Below are positions 21,330 to 31,807 of a stretch of DNA of 64,000 nt, in pieces. The DNA comes from an uncultured bacterium (lineage in GTDB: Bacteria; Patescibacteriota; Minisyncoccia; UBA6257; 2-01-FULL-56-20). The position numbers and the translations under genes are program-made. The stretch covers positions 32,001 to 96,000 of the forward strand of contig CAWJQC010000009.1 of NCBI GenBank assembly GCA_963844965.1, given 5' to 3'. The notes beneath the pieces are model-generated. The model ran no database searches. It saw nothing but the letters and a program-made list of their open reading frames with translations, and had not been told where the DNA came from. The stretch's first letter is position 1. Each line of letters starts with the position of its first letter.

Positions 21330-21773
21330 TTAATGTTTACCCGAAGACAAACTTAACCCGACCACACCGATAATCGTGATGGCGAGGAACGCCGTCTCAC
21401 GCCACGTCAGCATTCTCCGGGACATAACCGATACCAATACGGCAACGACCAGTGGATATGTAGCGGAAATTGCCGTAACTATGGCTACCTGCGTGCCTTC
21501 CGCGCGCGCGTACATGTAGTTGAAACCGATTAGGGCGCAGACATACACTGTCGCGCACAAGATTGTGATAAGAAAACCCTGGCCGCTGGTCACGAATTTA
21601 TCGCCGCAAAATCTCAACTGGATTAAGCCGGCAAGACAATAGACGAAGCCGAGAATTATAAAAAATTCCCCGCCGCTTACTCTCTTAAGGGCCGCGGACC
21701 AAAGCATCACGGCTATGCCCAAAAGTACGGCAACAATAATGGCAACAAAATTCAGATTGAAACCGGAATTCAC
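21330..21773 (-). CDS. Hypothetical small membrane protein (4 TM, EamA/SMR-like)
   Basis: 147-aa hydrophobic ORF, convergent with the previous gene. A shared hairpin lies at 21305..21335. Confidence 0.45.
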   Translation of the reverse strand: MNSGFNLNFVAIIVAVLLGIAVMLWSAALKRVSGGEFFIILGFVYCLAGLIQLRFCGDKFVTSGQGFLITILCATVYVCALIGFNYMYARAEGTQVAIVTAISATYPLVVAVLVSVMSRRMLTWRETAFLAITIIGVVGLSLSSGKH

Positions 21774-22008
21774 AGTTATCCTCCGTCAAGTATTCTGACG
21801 AGAGAATAGCACCGAATTGATTGAACGGCAAGCACTGGTACGTTTTGCCCGCAGCGGCCGATTCGTTTATAATAATTACATGCCGGGTAGTGAAAATTCG
21901 ACCGTAAGTGTATATATCCAACAGCCCGGTTATTGATTATACAATCCAATAAAATTGTCAGAAAAAAGTCGCTGGTTATAAAAATAAGTCGAATTTCTAC
22001 TACCCGGT

Positions 22009-22884
22009 ATGCCCACAACAAAACCAAACGCGGAGTGGATTGATATCCTCCATCCCAAAGCCAGGGACTTGGAGATAATCGGAAAAAGATTTCATATCCA
22101 CCCGGTAATCTTAAAAGAATTGAGGGAGCCGTCGGCCAGGTCACGCGTTGAGGCCTATGACCACTATCTGTATCTGATTTACTATTACCCGGTTTACGAT
22201 CCGGTGGAACAAACGTCGCGGCGGACAGAGATTGACTTCCTGATAACGAAAGGCGCCGTGATAACGACGCACTACGAGCCGCTTGAAGCCATCAGGGACT
22301 TTACGCCGAAGCTAGCCGAAAACACTTTGAAGCTCACCTATTTTCTGATAGAAGCGCTCCTGGATTTTGAAGAACGGCAGTTGAGGCACATTCGGGAAAA
22401 GGTTGAGGCGGTAGGCGCGGAACTGTTCAAAGATAAGGAGAAAGAAGTTCTGCGCAAGGTCTCGCGGATGAAGCGAGATGTTTCCGAATACAGAATTATC
22501 GTCAAGCACCAAGGACCGATATTGAAATCGCTTTTCAGCAGAGGCACGAAATTCTGGGGCGAAGACGCGAATGTTTACCTTGAGGACCTGATCGGCGACC
22601 ATCTCAAGATTGTTAACCAAATTGAGGATTACAGAGACGCCATTTCGGACTTTGAAGACACCAACAACCAGCTTATGAACCTGAAAACGAACGCCGTCAT
22701 GAAAACTTTCACCACGCTTTCCTTTCTCACGTTCCCCTTCATGCTCCTTGCCGCGCTTTTCAGCATGAACACGCGCGATACCCCCGTAATCAGCATGCCG
22801 AATGCTTTTTGGATTGTCTTCGGATTTATGATTGTGGCGATGGTCTCGCTCACTGTTTACTTCAAGAGAAAAGATTGGTTCTAG
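22009..22884 (+). CDS. corA: CorA-family Mg2+/Co2+ transporter
   Basis: Cytoplasmic N-domain plus two C-terminal TM helices. It has a degenerate GMN-type motif (FSMNTRDTPVI) and a C-terminal basic tail. Confidence 0.7.
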   Translation: MPTTKPNAEWIDILHPKARDLEIIGKRFHIHPVILKELREPSARSRVEAYDHYLYLIYYYPVYDPVEQTSRRTEIDFLITKGAVITTHYEPLEAIRDFTPKLAENTLKLTYFLIEALLDFEERQLRHIREKVEAVGAELFKDKEKEVLRKVSRMKRDVSEYRIIVKHQGPILKSLFSRGTKFWGEDANVYLEDLIGDHLKIVNQIEDYRDAISDFEDTNNQLMNLKTNAVMKTFTTLSFLTFPFMLLAALFSMNTRDTPVISMPNAFWIVFGFMIVAMVSLTVYFKRKDWF

Positions 22885-22905
22885 GCGTCATCCAGCAGAC
22901 GGAGT

Positions 22906-23763
22906 TTGTGTGTTATAATGATTATTATGCATTTAAGCTTTGTGAAAAAAATTCTTTTGGTCGCAGTTGTATTACTGGTGTTGGCGCTTCTTTTGCCAAT
23001 CGTAGAACTGAAAAATATTGATTCTCTTTTGACGGCCACAACTTTTCTTTTTGGCGTTCTTTACGGTTTCGAAATATCGGTTGTTATTGCTAATTTCGTT
23101 GCTTTGAAAACTCAACTTGCTATAGAAAATGCTGGATTATTGTCCATCTACCATTTAGCTGACATCATGGGTGGTAAAACTGGCGAGGAAATAAAAGATC
23201 GAATAGAACTACACCTTCTTGAGCTAATAGATTATCCCCTAGAAAGACATCTTGAGACTGGCAAATCATATTTTAATATTTTTGAACCCCTTAAAAAAGC
23301 TCCTGATCCAAGGAGCGCAGCAAAGGGCCAGGCACTTCAATACCTCAATGAAGGGATCTATTATATTCCTCAGGCACGCAATCAAGTAGCCGATGTTGCT
23401 CCTCGATTTGTGAATAAGGCTGAGTGGATGATGCTGTCAGTTTTGGGATTATTCTTGATCGTAGCTCTATTTCTTGGCCGGGGACCAGATTTCTTTTCGC
23501 AGATAACAGCCGCAGCCTTTTCAACTTTGGTAATCGGCTCGCTACTTCTCCTTGATGAAATTGATTCTAATAGAATCATGGAGGCTTACCTTGAGTATGG
23601 CATGTTCAACGACACACTGAAATCAATTGGCAAAACACCTTACTATCCAGAATTTGCGATTGAACAGGGAGATATAAAAATTCCCAAAGGAGAAAAATAT
23701 CGGTTGGGCACTTTCCCAAACTATCCATCTCTTGAGGGTAGACGCATAAAAATTGTAGGGTAA
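22906..23763 (+). CDS. Hypothetical membrane protein
   Basis: 285-aa ORF with N-terminal and central TM segments and no recognised motif. Confidence 0.45.
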   Translation: MCVIMIIMHLSFVKKILLVAVVLLVLALLLPIVELKNIDSLLTATTFLFGVLYGFEISVVIANFVALKTQLAIENAGLLSIYHLADIMGGKTGEEIKDRIELHLLELIDYPLERHLETGKSYFNIFEPLKKAPDPRSAAKGQALQYLNEGIYYIPQARNQVADVAPRFVNKAEWMMLSVLGLFLIVALFLGRGPDFFSQITAAAFSTLVIGSLLLLDEIDSNRIMEAYLEYGMFNDTLKSIGKTPYYPEFAIEQGDIKIPKGEKYRLGTFPNYPSLEGRRIKIVG

Positions 23764-23791
23764 CACGGGTTCTGACGAATCTCCGGCGTAT

Positions 23792-23820
23792 TTGGTTTCC
23801 CACCCTTGCGGTGTTAAAAT
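23792..23820 (+). promoter_or_regulatory. Sigma70-like promoter (TTGGTT-N17-TAAAAT) with conserved spacer CCTTGCGGTG; leaderless start
   Basis: The 17-mer CCTTGCGGTGTTAAAAT ends 7 nt before the CaCA start codon. A near-identical 17-mer precedes cysS. Confidence 0.4.
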
Positions 23821-23827
23821 TTTTCTA

Positions 23828-24871
23828 ATGGATAGATTATTTCGGGGTTTATTGTTGTTTATACCCATCGCATTGGCCGCGCAATTTTTGCATTTTTCTC
23901 CCGTTGCGGTTTTCTTTCTTTCCGCCTTGGCGATAGTGCCGCTCGCAAAATTCATCGGCGAGGCAACCGAGGAGTTGAGCGTCCATGTGGGACCGGCCTT
24001 GGGCGGACTTCTAAATGCCACTTTCGGCAACGCCACCGAACTCATCATCGGGATTTTCGCGATAAGGGCTGGTTTGATCGAGGTGGTGAAGGCGTCCCTT
24101 ACCGGTTCAATTATAGGCAACTTGCTTCTCGTTTTGGGAATGGCGATGTTTGCCGGCGGCTTGCGACATAAAAAGCAGGAATCCAACCGTACCGCGGCCA
24201 TGGCCAGCGGCTCGTCGCTCTTTATAGCGGCGATAGCGCTCGTGATTCCCGCGATATTCTTGCAATCGGTTTCTTCAAGCGGCGGCGCCACCGAAGAACT
24301 AAGCGTTTTCGTATCCATTTGCATCATCCTGCTCTATGTCGCTGGTTTGTGGTTTTCACTTTTCACGCATAAACACCTCTACACGGAAGAAGTCGGAAAG
24401 TTGGAGGCGCGCTGGAGCATAAAAAAGAGTATTTTGATTCTGCTTCTTGCCACCATAGCCGTCGCTTGGATGAGCGAAATTCTCGTCGGTTCCATAAATC
24501 CGCTTGTCGCTGCCCTCGGCTGGAGCGAGCTTTTCGTAGGCGTGATTTTTGTGGCAATCATCGGCAACGCCGCGGAGCACACCTCCGCCATCATGATGGC
24601 GATGAAAAACCGGATGGATCTGGCACTACAAGTTTCAATCGGTTCCGCGACCCAAATCGCGATATTCGTCGTGCCTTTTCTGGTTCTTGTGAGTTCCTTC
24701 CTTTCAAACCCGATGAATCTGGCATTCAATATTTTTGAACTCGTATCAATAGTCCTCTCCGTTTTGCTTGTTAATCTGATAATCGCCGACGGCGAAAGCA
24801 ATTGGCTTGAAGGTCTGCAACTTATCACGGCTTATGTCATCATCGGCGTGGCGTTTTTCTTCTACCGCTGA
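23828..24871 (+). CDS. Ca2+/H+ antiporter (CaCA family, ChaA/CAX-like)
   Basis: Two alpha-repeat signature motifs, GNATELIIGIFA and GNAAEHTSAIMMA, and about 10-11 TM helices. The start is assigned to MDRLFRG. Confidence 0.8.
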   Translation: MDRLFRGLLLFIPIALAAQFLHFSPVAVFFLSALAIVPLAKFIGEATEELSVHVGPALGGLLNATFGNATELIIGIFAIRAGLIEVVKASLTGSIIGNLLLVLGMAMFAGGLRHKKQESNRTAAMASGSSLFIAAIALVIPAIFLQSVSSSGGATEELSVFVSICIILLYVAGLWFSLFTHKHLYTEEVGKLEARWSIKKSILILLLATIAVAWMSEILVGSINPLVAALGWSELFVGVIFVAIIGNAAEHTSAIMMAMKNRMDLALQVSIGSATQIAIFVVPFLVLVSSFLSNPMNLAFNIFELVSIVLSVLLVNLIIADGESNWLEGLQLITAYVIIGVAFFFYR

Positions 24872-24964
24872 AATAATCACTATACCGGTGTTTAGTAAAA
24901 CGGCCCGGACGCATAGATGCGTTCTGACTTGTTTTTTTACTTTCTCCCCTCCACGTTTAAAATT

Positions 24965-24993
24965 TTGGCTTTTTATCCTTGCGGTGTTAGAAT
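24965..24993 (+). promoter_or_regulatory. Sigma70-like promoter (TTGGCT-N17-TAGAAT) with the same conserved spacer; leaderless start
   Basis: TCCTTGCGGTGTTAGAAT ends 6 nt before the cysS ATG. Confidence 0.4.
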
Positions 24994-24999
24994 CTTCCT

Positions 25000-26445
25000 A
25001 TGCTGAAGCTTTACAATACTCTCACGCGGCAGAAGGAAGCGTTCAAACCAATCCACAGGAACCGGGTTGGGCTTTACACCTGCGGACCGACCGTTTACAA
25101 CTACGCGCACATCGGAAATTTGCGCACCTATATTTTTGAAGATATTCTCCAGCGGACGCTGGAATACGAGGGCTACGCGGTGAACCGCGTGATGAACATC
25201 ACCGATGTCGGCCATCTGACCGCGGATTCCGACACGGGCGAAGATAAGGTTGAAAAGGAAGCGAAAAAAGAGCGGAAATCCGTGATGGAAATCGTTCATT
25301 TCTACACGAAGGCGTTTTTTGACGATCTCCGCGAACTTAACATAAAAATTCCCGAAATTTTGGAGCCGGCGACAAAACACATAGACGAGGAACAGAAAAT
25401 CATAAAAAAGTTATTTGAAAACGGATTGGCCTACGAAACTGAGAGCGCCGTCTATTTTGACGTCGCGAAATACGGTCTGGAGAAATATCTGAAACTTTCG
25501 CGCCAGCCGCTTGACGAGAAACGCACTGGCGCGCGCGAAGAAGTGATAGTTGACCCGCAAAAAAAGAGTCCGGCGGATTTCGTTCTTTGGTTCAAGCTCG
25601 CCGGCAAATTCAAAAATCATATCCAGCACTGGCCGTCGCCTTGGGGAGAAGGTTTTCCGGGGTGGCACATAGAGTGCTCGGCGATCTCCTCAAAGTTTTT
25701 AGGCCAGCCGTTTGACATCCACGTTGGCGGCGTTGACCACATAGGCACGCACCACACGAACGAAATCGCGCAGTCGGAAGGAGCGTATGGCGTTCCTCTC
25801 GCGAATTTCTGGCTGCACGGGGAATTTTTGCTCATGAGCGACGCGAAAATGGCAAAGTCGGTCGGGAATTTTCTGACGCTCGGCGAACTGGAAAAGCGCG
25901 GCATTAATCCTCTTGCCTTCCGCTATTTCGTTCTGAACACGCATTACCGCTCCAAACTTAATTTCAGCTGGAAAGGTCTGGAAGGAGCGCAAGCCGGGCT
26001 GAAAAATTTATATCGCTCCGTATATCATCTACTGCTGGAGAAAAACAGACCGGCGCCGAATGCCAAAAAAGTTACCCGAAGACCAGACTACGACGCGCAG
26101 TTTTCGGATGCTCTGAACGACGACCTCAACGCTCCCCGCGCGCTTTCCTGGCTCCATGAAGCCGTCAGGGCGGAAAATTTCACGGCAAAGGAAAAGTTGG
26201 CGCTTATTGAAAAATTTGACCGCGTTTTGGGCTTGAAACTGTTGGAAACCGCGAAAGGCGTACTCAAAGCTAATCGCGGCGCGGAGACGGCAAATATCCG
26301 AAAACTGGTCGGGAACTATGAGAAATTCAGAGCCAGTAAACAGTTTATGAACTCCGACCGCTTGAGGAAAAAAATTCTTGAGTTAGGATATGAGGTGGAG
26401 GACACAAAAAGCGGAACTATTTTATGGCCAAAACATCCACTCTAA
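25000..26445 (+). CDS. cysS: Cysteine--tRNA ligase
   Basis: Class I aaRS HIGH motif (CGPTVYNYAHIGN), KMSKS motif (KMAKSVGN), and Zn-binding Cys/His residues. Confidence 0.9.
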   Translation: MLKLYNTLTRQKEAFKPIHRNRVGLYTCGPTVYNYAHIGNLRTYIFEDILQRTLEYEGYAVNRVMNITDVGHLTADSDTGEDKVEKEAKKERKSVMEIVHFYTKAFFDDLRELNIKIPEILEPATKHIDEEQKIIKKLFENGLAYETESAVYFDVAKYGLEKYLKLSRQPLDEKRTGAREEVIVDPQKKSPADFVLWFKLAGKFKNHIQHWPSPWGEGFPGWHIECSAISSKFLGQPFDIHVGGVDHIGTHHTNEIAQSEGAYGVPLANFWLHGEFLLMSDAKMAKSVGNFLTLGELEKRGINPLAFRYFVLNTHYRSKLNFSWKGLEGAQAGLKNLYRSVYHLLLEKNRPAPNAKKVTRRPDYDAQFSDALNDDLNAPRALSWLHEAVRAENFTAKEKLALIEKFDRVLGLKLLETAKGVLKANRGAETANIRKLVGNYEKFRASKQFMNSDRLRKKILELGYEVEDTKSGTILWPKHPL

Positions 26446-27791
26446 AAATTCCGCCGCAGAATCTTGAGGCCGAACAGGCGGTGCTCGGCTGTCTGCTTAT
26501 AGACAAAAACGCCATTGTCCAGGTGGCGGATTTGCTTGAGCCGGCGGACTTTTACGACCCGAGGCACGAAAAAATCTACGAGGTTATCCTGGAATTGTAC
26601 GCCAAACACCAGCCGATAGACCTTATCACGACCACAAGTCACCTTAAGGAAAAAGAGCTTCTGAAAGACATCGGCGGTTCGGCTTATCTCGCGGAACTTA
26701 CGAATCAGGTCGCCACGGCGTCGCACGTCGCAGAGTACGCGGCCACGGTCAAGGAGAAAAAAGTTCTGCGCGATCTCATCAAGGCGGCGGCCGAAATCGC
26801 CGAAGATGTCTTTGAACCGTCAAAAGAAGTGGAAGATCTCCTTGACGAAATTGAGCAGAAAATCTTTTCAATATCGCAGAAATCAATCCAGCAAAATTTC
26901 ATTCATCTCAAGGAAGAATTAAAGGGCGCCTATGAACGGATAGAAAAGCTTCATCAGGGCGGCGGCCGGTTGCGCGGAATCCCCACCGGTTTTGACGAAC
27001 TGGACGAACTTCTGTCTGGATTGCAGAAATCGGAACTTATCGTTTTGGGCGCCAGGCCATCGCTCGGAAAAACCACGCTCGTTTTGGATATCGCGAGGAA
27101 CGCGGCCATGAAGGGCGGCATTCCCGTCGGGATTTTTTCGTTTGAAATGTCGCACGAACAGGTCATTGACCGCTTGATCGCCGCTGAGTCGCAGGTTCCA
27201 CTGTGGCACATTCTGACCGGCCGCATAAAGGAGGATGTGGAATTTGAAATGATACAGGGCGCGCTTGACCGGCTTTCCAAAACAGCCATCTTCATTGATG
27301 ACTCGCCGTCCTCCAATATCAGGGAGATGCGTTCCAGGGCGCGCCGCCTGCAAGCCGAGCACGGCCTGGGGCTTCTCGTCGTGGATTATCTCCAGCTTAT
27401 AAAACCGCGCATAAATTTTGAGAGCATGGTCCAGCAGGTTACGGAAATATCGCGGGGACTCAAGGAGCTGGCGCGCGAGCTCAAGGTACCGGTTCTCGCC
27501 GTTTCCCAGCTTTCTCGCAACGTGGAACAGCGCGAGGAAAGGCGGCCGCGTCTTTCGGACTTGCGTGAGTCGGGCAGTATTGAGCAGGACGCCGACGTCG
27601 TGATGTTCATTTACCGGAAAGACAAAGACAAGACGGATGTTCCGCCGGAAGAACAGAATATTGCCGAGATAACCGTCGCGAAGCACAGAAATGGTCCCGT
27701 GGGCAGCATTAAATTGCGGTTTGACACGGAAAGGATTTCGTTCAGGCCGCTCGAAAAAAGATACGGAGAACCATCGCCGTTCGATTCATAA
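26424..27791 (+). CDS. dnaB: Replicative DNA helicase DnaB
   Basis: DnaB N-terminal domain (NLEAEQAVLGCLL), Walker A (GARPSLGKTT), and RecA-like core (…LLVVDYLQLI…SQLSR…). Confidence 0.9.
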   Translation: MAKTSTLKIPPQNLEAEQAVLGCLLIDKNAIVQVADLLEPADFYDPRHEKIYEVILELYAKHQPIDLITTTSHLKEKELLKDIGGSAYLAELTNQVATASHVAEYAATVKEKKVLRDLIKAAAEIAEDVFEPSKEVEDLLDEIEQKIFSISQKSIQQNFIHLKEELKGAYERIEKLHQGGGRLRGIPTGFDELDELLSGLQKSELIVLGARPSLGKTTLVLDIARNAAMKGGIPVGIFSFEMSHEQVIDRLIAAESQVPLWHILTGRIKEDVEFEMIQGALDRLSKTAIFIDDSPSSNIREMRSRARRLQAEHGLGLLVVDYLQLIKPRINFESMVQQVTEISRGLKELARELKVPVLAVSQLSRNVEQREERRPRLSDLRESGSIEQDADVVMFIYRKDKDKTDVPPEEQNIAEITVAKHRNGPVGSIKLRFDTERISFRPLEKRYGEPSPFDS

Positions 27792-27803
27792 ATTTATTAT
27801 CTA

Positions 27804-27849
27804 TTAACGAATTAACGGATTTGAATTTTTGATACGTTAATTCGTTAAT
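27804..27849. repeat. Perfect 15-bp inverted repeat (ATTAACGAATTAACG / CGTTAATTCGTTAAT) with a 16-nt T-rich loop; terminator or operator
   Basis: Read directly from the sequence between the dnaB stop and recR. It is followed by a further CCGTTAATTT copy. Confidence 0.5.
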
Positions 27850-27882
27850 CCGTTAATTTACCAATTTGATTTAATTAAAAGC

Positions 27883-28464
27883 ATGAAACTGCCTGAATCC
27901 ATCAATAATTTAAAAGAGGAGCTGGCGGAACTGCCGTCAATAGGGCCGCGTCAGGCGATACGGCTGGCGTTTTATCTGGTCGGTCGCGGCGAAAATTTTA
28001 TAAAGAATTTCGCCGAGGACATTGACGAACTGCGCCGCGTTAAAATCTGCGAGCGCTGTTTTTTTGTTCATCAAAACAACGGTTCTTTGTGCGATATCTG
28101 CAAGAACCCCGCACGGCGCAAAGACATCATAATGCTTGTTGAGAAAGAAACCGACTTGATATCGCTTGAGAATACCGGCAAATTTAACGGCAGGTATTTT
28201 ATCCTTGGCCCGATCCCGAAAACTGGACTTCTTGAAGATTGGCAGAAACTACGCCTGCAGAGTCTAAAAAATTTTATCCAAAAAGAATTGGGCGGCAAAG
28301 CCGAGGAAATAATTTTGGCGCTGAATCCGACGAGCGTGGGCGATTTCCATGCCTCTCTTCTTGCCAAAGAGCTTGGAGAATTAGCGAAAAAAATAAACCG
28401 CCTGGGACGAGGATTGCCCACTGGAGGTGAGATTGAGTTCGCGGACGATGAGAGCTTTAGGTAG
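27883..28464 (+). CDS. recR: Recombination protein RecR
   Basis: HhH (LPSIGPRQAIRLAFYL), C4 zinc finger (CERCFF…CDICKN) and Toprim domain. Confidence 0.85.
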   Translation: MKLPESINNLKEELAELPSIGPRQAIRLAFYLVGRGENFIKNFAEDIDELRRVKICERCFFVHQNNGSLCDICKNPARRKDIIMLVEKETDLISLENTGKFNGRYFILGPIPKTGLLEDWQKLRLQSLKNFIQKELGGKAEEIILALNPTSVGDFHASLLAKELGELAKKINRLGRGLPTGGEIEFADDESFR

Positions 28465-28516
28465 TGCGCTGGAGAAACGATTTTAGTTTTGCGCAAACAC
28501 CCAAAGTTAATAAAAC

Positions 28517-28546
28517 AAGCCGATTAGAATTCTAATCGGCTTTTTG
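28517..28546. terminator. Bidirectional intrinsic terminator
   Basis: AAGCCGATTAGAATTCTAATCGGCTT perfect hairpin followed by T5, between convergent genes. Confidence 0.6.
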
Positions 28547-28882
28547 TATCAGTTCTTTGACAATGGCCATTGCCCGAAAACGAATAATCGCGACGTAATC
28601 CTTATCGGCCAAATCGGTTAATGTTTTTCTTAATTTCTCCAGGCCTTCCTCACTAAATTTCGAGGCGCGCACGATTCGCGTTTTTTTCGTAATTCTCAGA
28701 AAGGTAAACCTACCATCGGGAAAAACTCCGAGGACAATTTCGTTTTTTGAGAAATCATAAAGATCCTCATCGTCTTTACAGGAGACAACACGAAAAACAA
28801 TCGCCTCCCTACCCCGGAGCAAATGCTCTTCAAGCGGGTGGCCCTCGTTCAGATTCAATCTCAACTTCCTGATCTTATCCAA
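28532..28882 (-). CDS. Hypothetical protein
   Basis: 116-aa ORF with no recognised motif. Confidence 0.4.
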   Translation of the reverse strand: MDKIRKLRLNLNEGHPLEEHLLRGREAIVFRVVSCKDDEDLYDFSKNEIVLGVFPDGRFTFLRITKKTRIVRASKFSEEGLEKLRKTLTDLADKDYVAIIRFRAMAIVKELIQKAD

Positions 28883-28947
28883 TGCGATCCTCCGAAATTT
28901 TATCTATCTGCTGATGATATTTTAACAAATAAAATTTTATTTGCAAA

Positions 28948-29952
28948 CTAACCGTGGCGCACGACAACCACGTCGCCGTCCTGAACCACATATTCTTTTC
29001 CTTCCAGCCGAATCTGCCCTTTTTGTTTCGCTTGCACCCAGCCGCCGAGTTCCAGAAGTTTTTGCCAGTTGATGACTTCGGCTCGGATGAAGTTCTTCTC
29101 AAAATCCGTATGAATGACGCCCGCCGCCTGCGGCGCCTTTGTACCGCGCTTTATCGTCCAGGCGCGCGTTTCGTCCTCGCCGGTCGTTAGAAAGCTTATC
29201 AAATCCAGAATTTTGTAGGCTTTCTCTATCAGAATCGGGAGCTTGTCGGACGCACCTAGGTCAGCCACGATATAATCCGCCCCCAACTCCCCTATTTTCT
29301 TTATCAATTCCGGCTTGACTTCATTTTCCTTACCGTTCAGGAGGTAAATCTGCCGCTTGGTGGTCAGTAAGTTCAACTCTTTCACGATTTCCTCGTCTTT
29401 ATGTTTCAAGATCAAATTGCCGCCGTTCAATTCCTTCCGCACCACCTCCAAGACAGCCAGGTTTTTCATCGCCTGCTTGTCGCCTGTGCGCGCTTCGCCC
29501 CCCAATTTTCCGAGGCGCTTATCAATCGTTTCCAAATCTTTCAAGGCAAGTTCGGAATTTGTAGTGATGAGATCGCGCAGGGCGTCAACTGAATTTTCCA
29601 CGTGTATAATTTCGGGGTTTTCAAATGTCCGAAGAACTAACACTATCGCCTGCGTGTCGCGGATGTGAGCCAAAAATTGGTTGCCTAACCCCTCGCCCTT
29701 GTAGGCGCCGCGCACGAGCCCGGCGATGTCGTAAAACTCAACGACCGCTGGCACAACCTTTTTGGAATTGCTCAATTTGGCGAGTTTTTCCAGGCGCTCG
29801 TCCGGAACCGACACAATGCCGACATTCGGGTCAATCGTCGCGAAAGGATAGTTGGCGATATTCACTTCTTGCTTCGTTAAAATTTTAAACAGGGTGGATT
29901 TGCCAACGTTGGGTAGTCCCACGATGCCGATTGAAAGTTTTTGACCCGACAT
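28948..29952 (-). CDS. ychF: Ribosome-binding ATPase YchF
   Basis: GIVGLPNVGKSTLF G1 motif, Obg-like GTPase core, and C-terminal TGS domain (…RLEGKEYVVQDGDVVVVRH). Confidence 0.9.
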   Translation of the reverse strand: MSGQKLSIGIVGLPNVGKSTLFKILTKQEVNIANYPFATIDPNVGIVSVPDERLEKLAKLSNSKKVVPAVVEFYDIAGLVRGAYKGEGLGNQFLAHIRDTQAIVLVLRTFENPEIIHVENSVDALRDLITTNSELALKDLETIDKRLGKLGGEARTGDKQAMKNLAVLEVVRKELNGGNLILKHKDEEIVKELNLLTTKRQIYLLNGKENEVKPELIKKIGELGADYIVADLGASDKLPILIEKAYKILDLISFLTTGEDETRAWTIKRGTKAPQAAGVIHTDFEKNFIRAEVINWQKLLELGGWVQAKQKGQIRLEGKEYVVQDGDVVVVRHG

Positions 29953-31523
29953 AGTTTAGATTTCTAATTGGTATACCGCCGTATACATGCAATTCTTCTT
30001 GAGTGCCTACGACTTTATCTATAACATCCCTAACTATCGTCTTTTTTCCCTCAAAATTCAAGCGTGCAACGACTTCCGCCGCGCACTCGGCAAATTCCCT
30101 TACCTCGTTCCATTGGGGCAAAATAAAGTCATTCTGGCGCTCTCCCGCCTCTGGCGGCTTTGGCATCCTGCTTTCCAGTAAAGCAACCCGTGCCCGTAAA
30201 TCGCTCTTGTATTCCTTCAGCTTCTCCATGCCTATCAGCCCCGCCCCGTATGCCCTGTCATAGCGAGCTTCCTCGTCTTTCAACTTCTCAACGTCCCTTT
30301 TGAAATTGAAAATGGATATATCGGGGCGCGCCGCGCTTTCTTTCTTTTTCCCGATAAACTTCTGCGCGTTTTTCATCATCAGTTCCGGCGAAGTCATAAT
30401 CCCTGCCGTCTTTTTCCATACGAGCGCATCGGCTATCCTCGCGTTTATTCCCCGCTCGGCGCACTTCGGAGGCAAGGGGAAGCTGTGAACCCTATCCGTG
30501 CAGCGATAATAAAGATGTTTCCCGCGCTGCGGGCCTTCTCCGGCCCGCCTTCTCCCGCATCCGCAGTAAATCTTCCCGCTCAAAAGATACTCGTTTTTCC
30601 GGTTTCGCTGGCACTCCGCGAAATTTACCGCAAGTTGCCGCGCCGCCCGCTCAAATAATTCTCGGCTGATGAGGGCGGGTGTCGTTATTTTTATCCACTC
30701 CTCCTCCGGCCTCACCTTGCGGCTCGTCTTTTTGATTCTCCGGTAGCCCTCTTTCTTAAACGGATTCTCCGGCACGACGGCATAAGAGCTTCCATAATGC
30801 CCTTCGCCTATGTAGGTTTTATTCCTCAAAAGCGTTGAAAGGGTGCTGGTATTCCAAACGCCCCGCGCGCTCCAGCGCGGCGCTATGCCCGCTTTCATAA
30901 GCTCCTTCACAACCTGCCGCAAAGTAAGCCCGTCATCGGCAATCCACGAAAATATCTTTTTAACAACGGTTGCCTCTTGTTCGTTGATTTCATAGCAGCC
31001 ATGTTTCCCATCCGTTTCTTTTTTCGGCTTAAAAATATAGCCGTAGGGAGCTTCGCTGGTAATAATATGCCCCTCTTTTGCCTTCCGCAGTTTCCCAAGC
31101 CGGAAGCGCTCGGCGATTTTCGCCCTCTCATACTCGGCAAAAAGCCCCCTAACACCGTGCAGGATTTTCTCCTCGCTATTTTTCGGACGGAATGGTAACG
31201 AACAATACTTCAACTCCCGCCTCCCGTAGTTCGTCCATCACCAATTCCTGATAAGAGTAGCGGCGGGCCAACCTATCTGGGTCATAAATCAAAACCGCTT
31301 CCCATATCTTCTTTTTCACGTCCTGCCGGAGCTGGTCGAGTTGAGGCCGCACGAGCGTGTCCCCGCTCCAGCCGTTATCAATGTATTCCTGCACGATGGT
31401 GTAGCCATTTTTCACGGCAAACTCCCGAACGGCGACAAGCTGGGTTTCAATAGTGCCTTCATCCGGCGAGGTGCTGACACGGGCGTATATGGCAATCAAT
31501 TTTATGATGGCGGCTTCGTTCAT
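29885..31523 (-). CDS. Large serine recombinase (resolvase catalytic domain + recombinase domain + zinc ribbon/coiled coil), split by a homopolymer frameshift near 31179-31183
   Basis: ORF 31176..31523 carries the catalytic domain with the YARVST serine motif. ORF 29885..31213 carries the recombinase domain and the C4 zinc ribbon (CGCG…CTDR…C). The two join if the A5/T5 run is one base shorter (…VTIPSE-NSEEKILHGV…). Its C-terminus overlaps the ychF start by 68 nt. Confidence 0.8.
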
Positions 31524-31747
31524 CGTTTCGTGTTCTTATGTTTGCTTAAAAACTTTTGATATTCGCTTTTCGGTATGCGCCAGAGCGCCGTCCCTTTGCC
31601 GAGTTTATACCCGACCAACAGCCCCTTTTGAAGCCAGCGTTGAACTGTGCGGGGATGTATCCGCAGATTTTTAGCGATTTCGTCTTTCGTGAGAAACTCC
31701 ATGCTTTTAATTCTATTCCCAATAGTCGCAGTTGTCAAAATTGTCAA
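31520..31747 (-). CDS. Excisionase-family HTH DNA-binding protein
   Basis: 75-aa ORF with …LTKDEIAKNLRIHPRTVQRWLQKGLL…, overlapping the recombinase start by 4 nt. Confidence 0.6.
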   Translation of the reverse strand: MTILTTATIGNRIKSMEFLTKDEIAKNLRIHPRTVQRWLQKGLLVGYKLGKGTALWRIPKSEYQKFLSKHKNTKR

Positions 31748-31807
31748 AAGTGGACATCTTACCCCACCACCCCACTCACTATATCGTAGGCGTAAAACAA
31801 TAGTGAG

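Noticed and set aside
26919-27686. 255-aa minus-strand ORF
   Set aside because: Antisense to dnaB; a shadow ORF.
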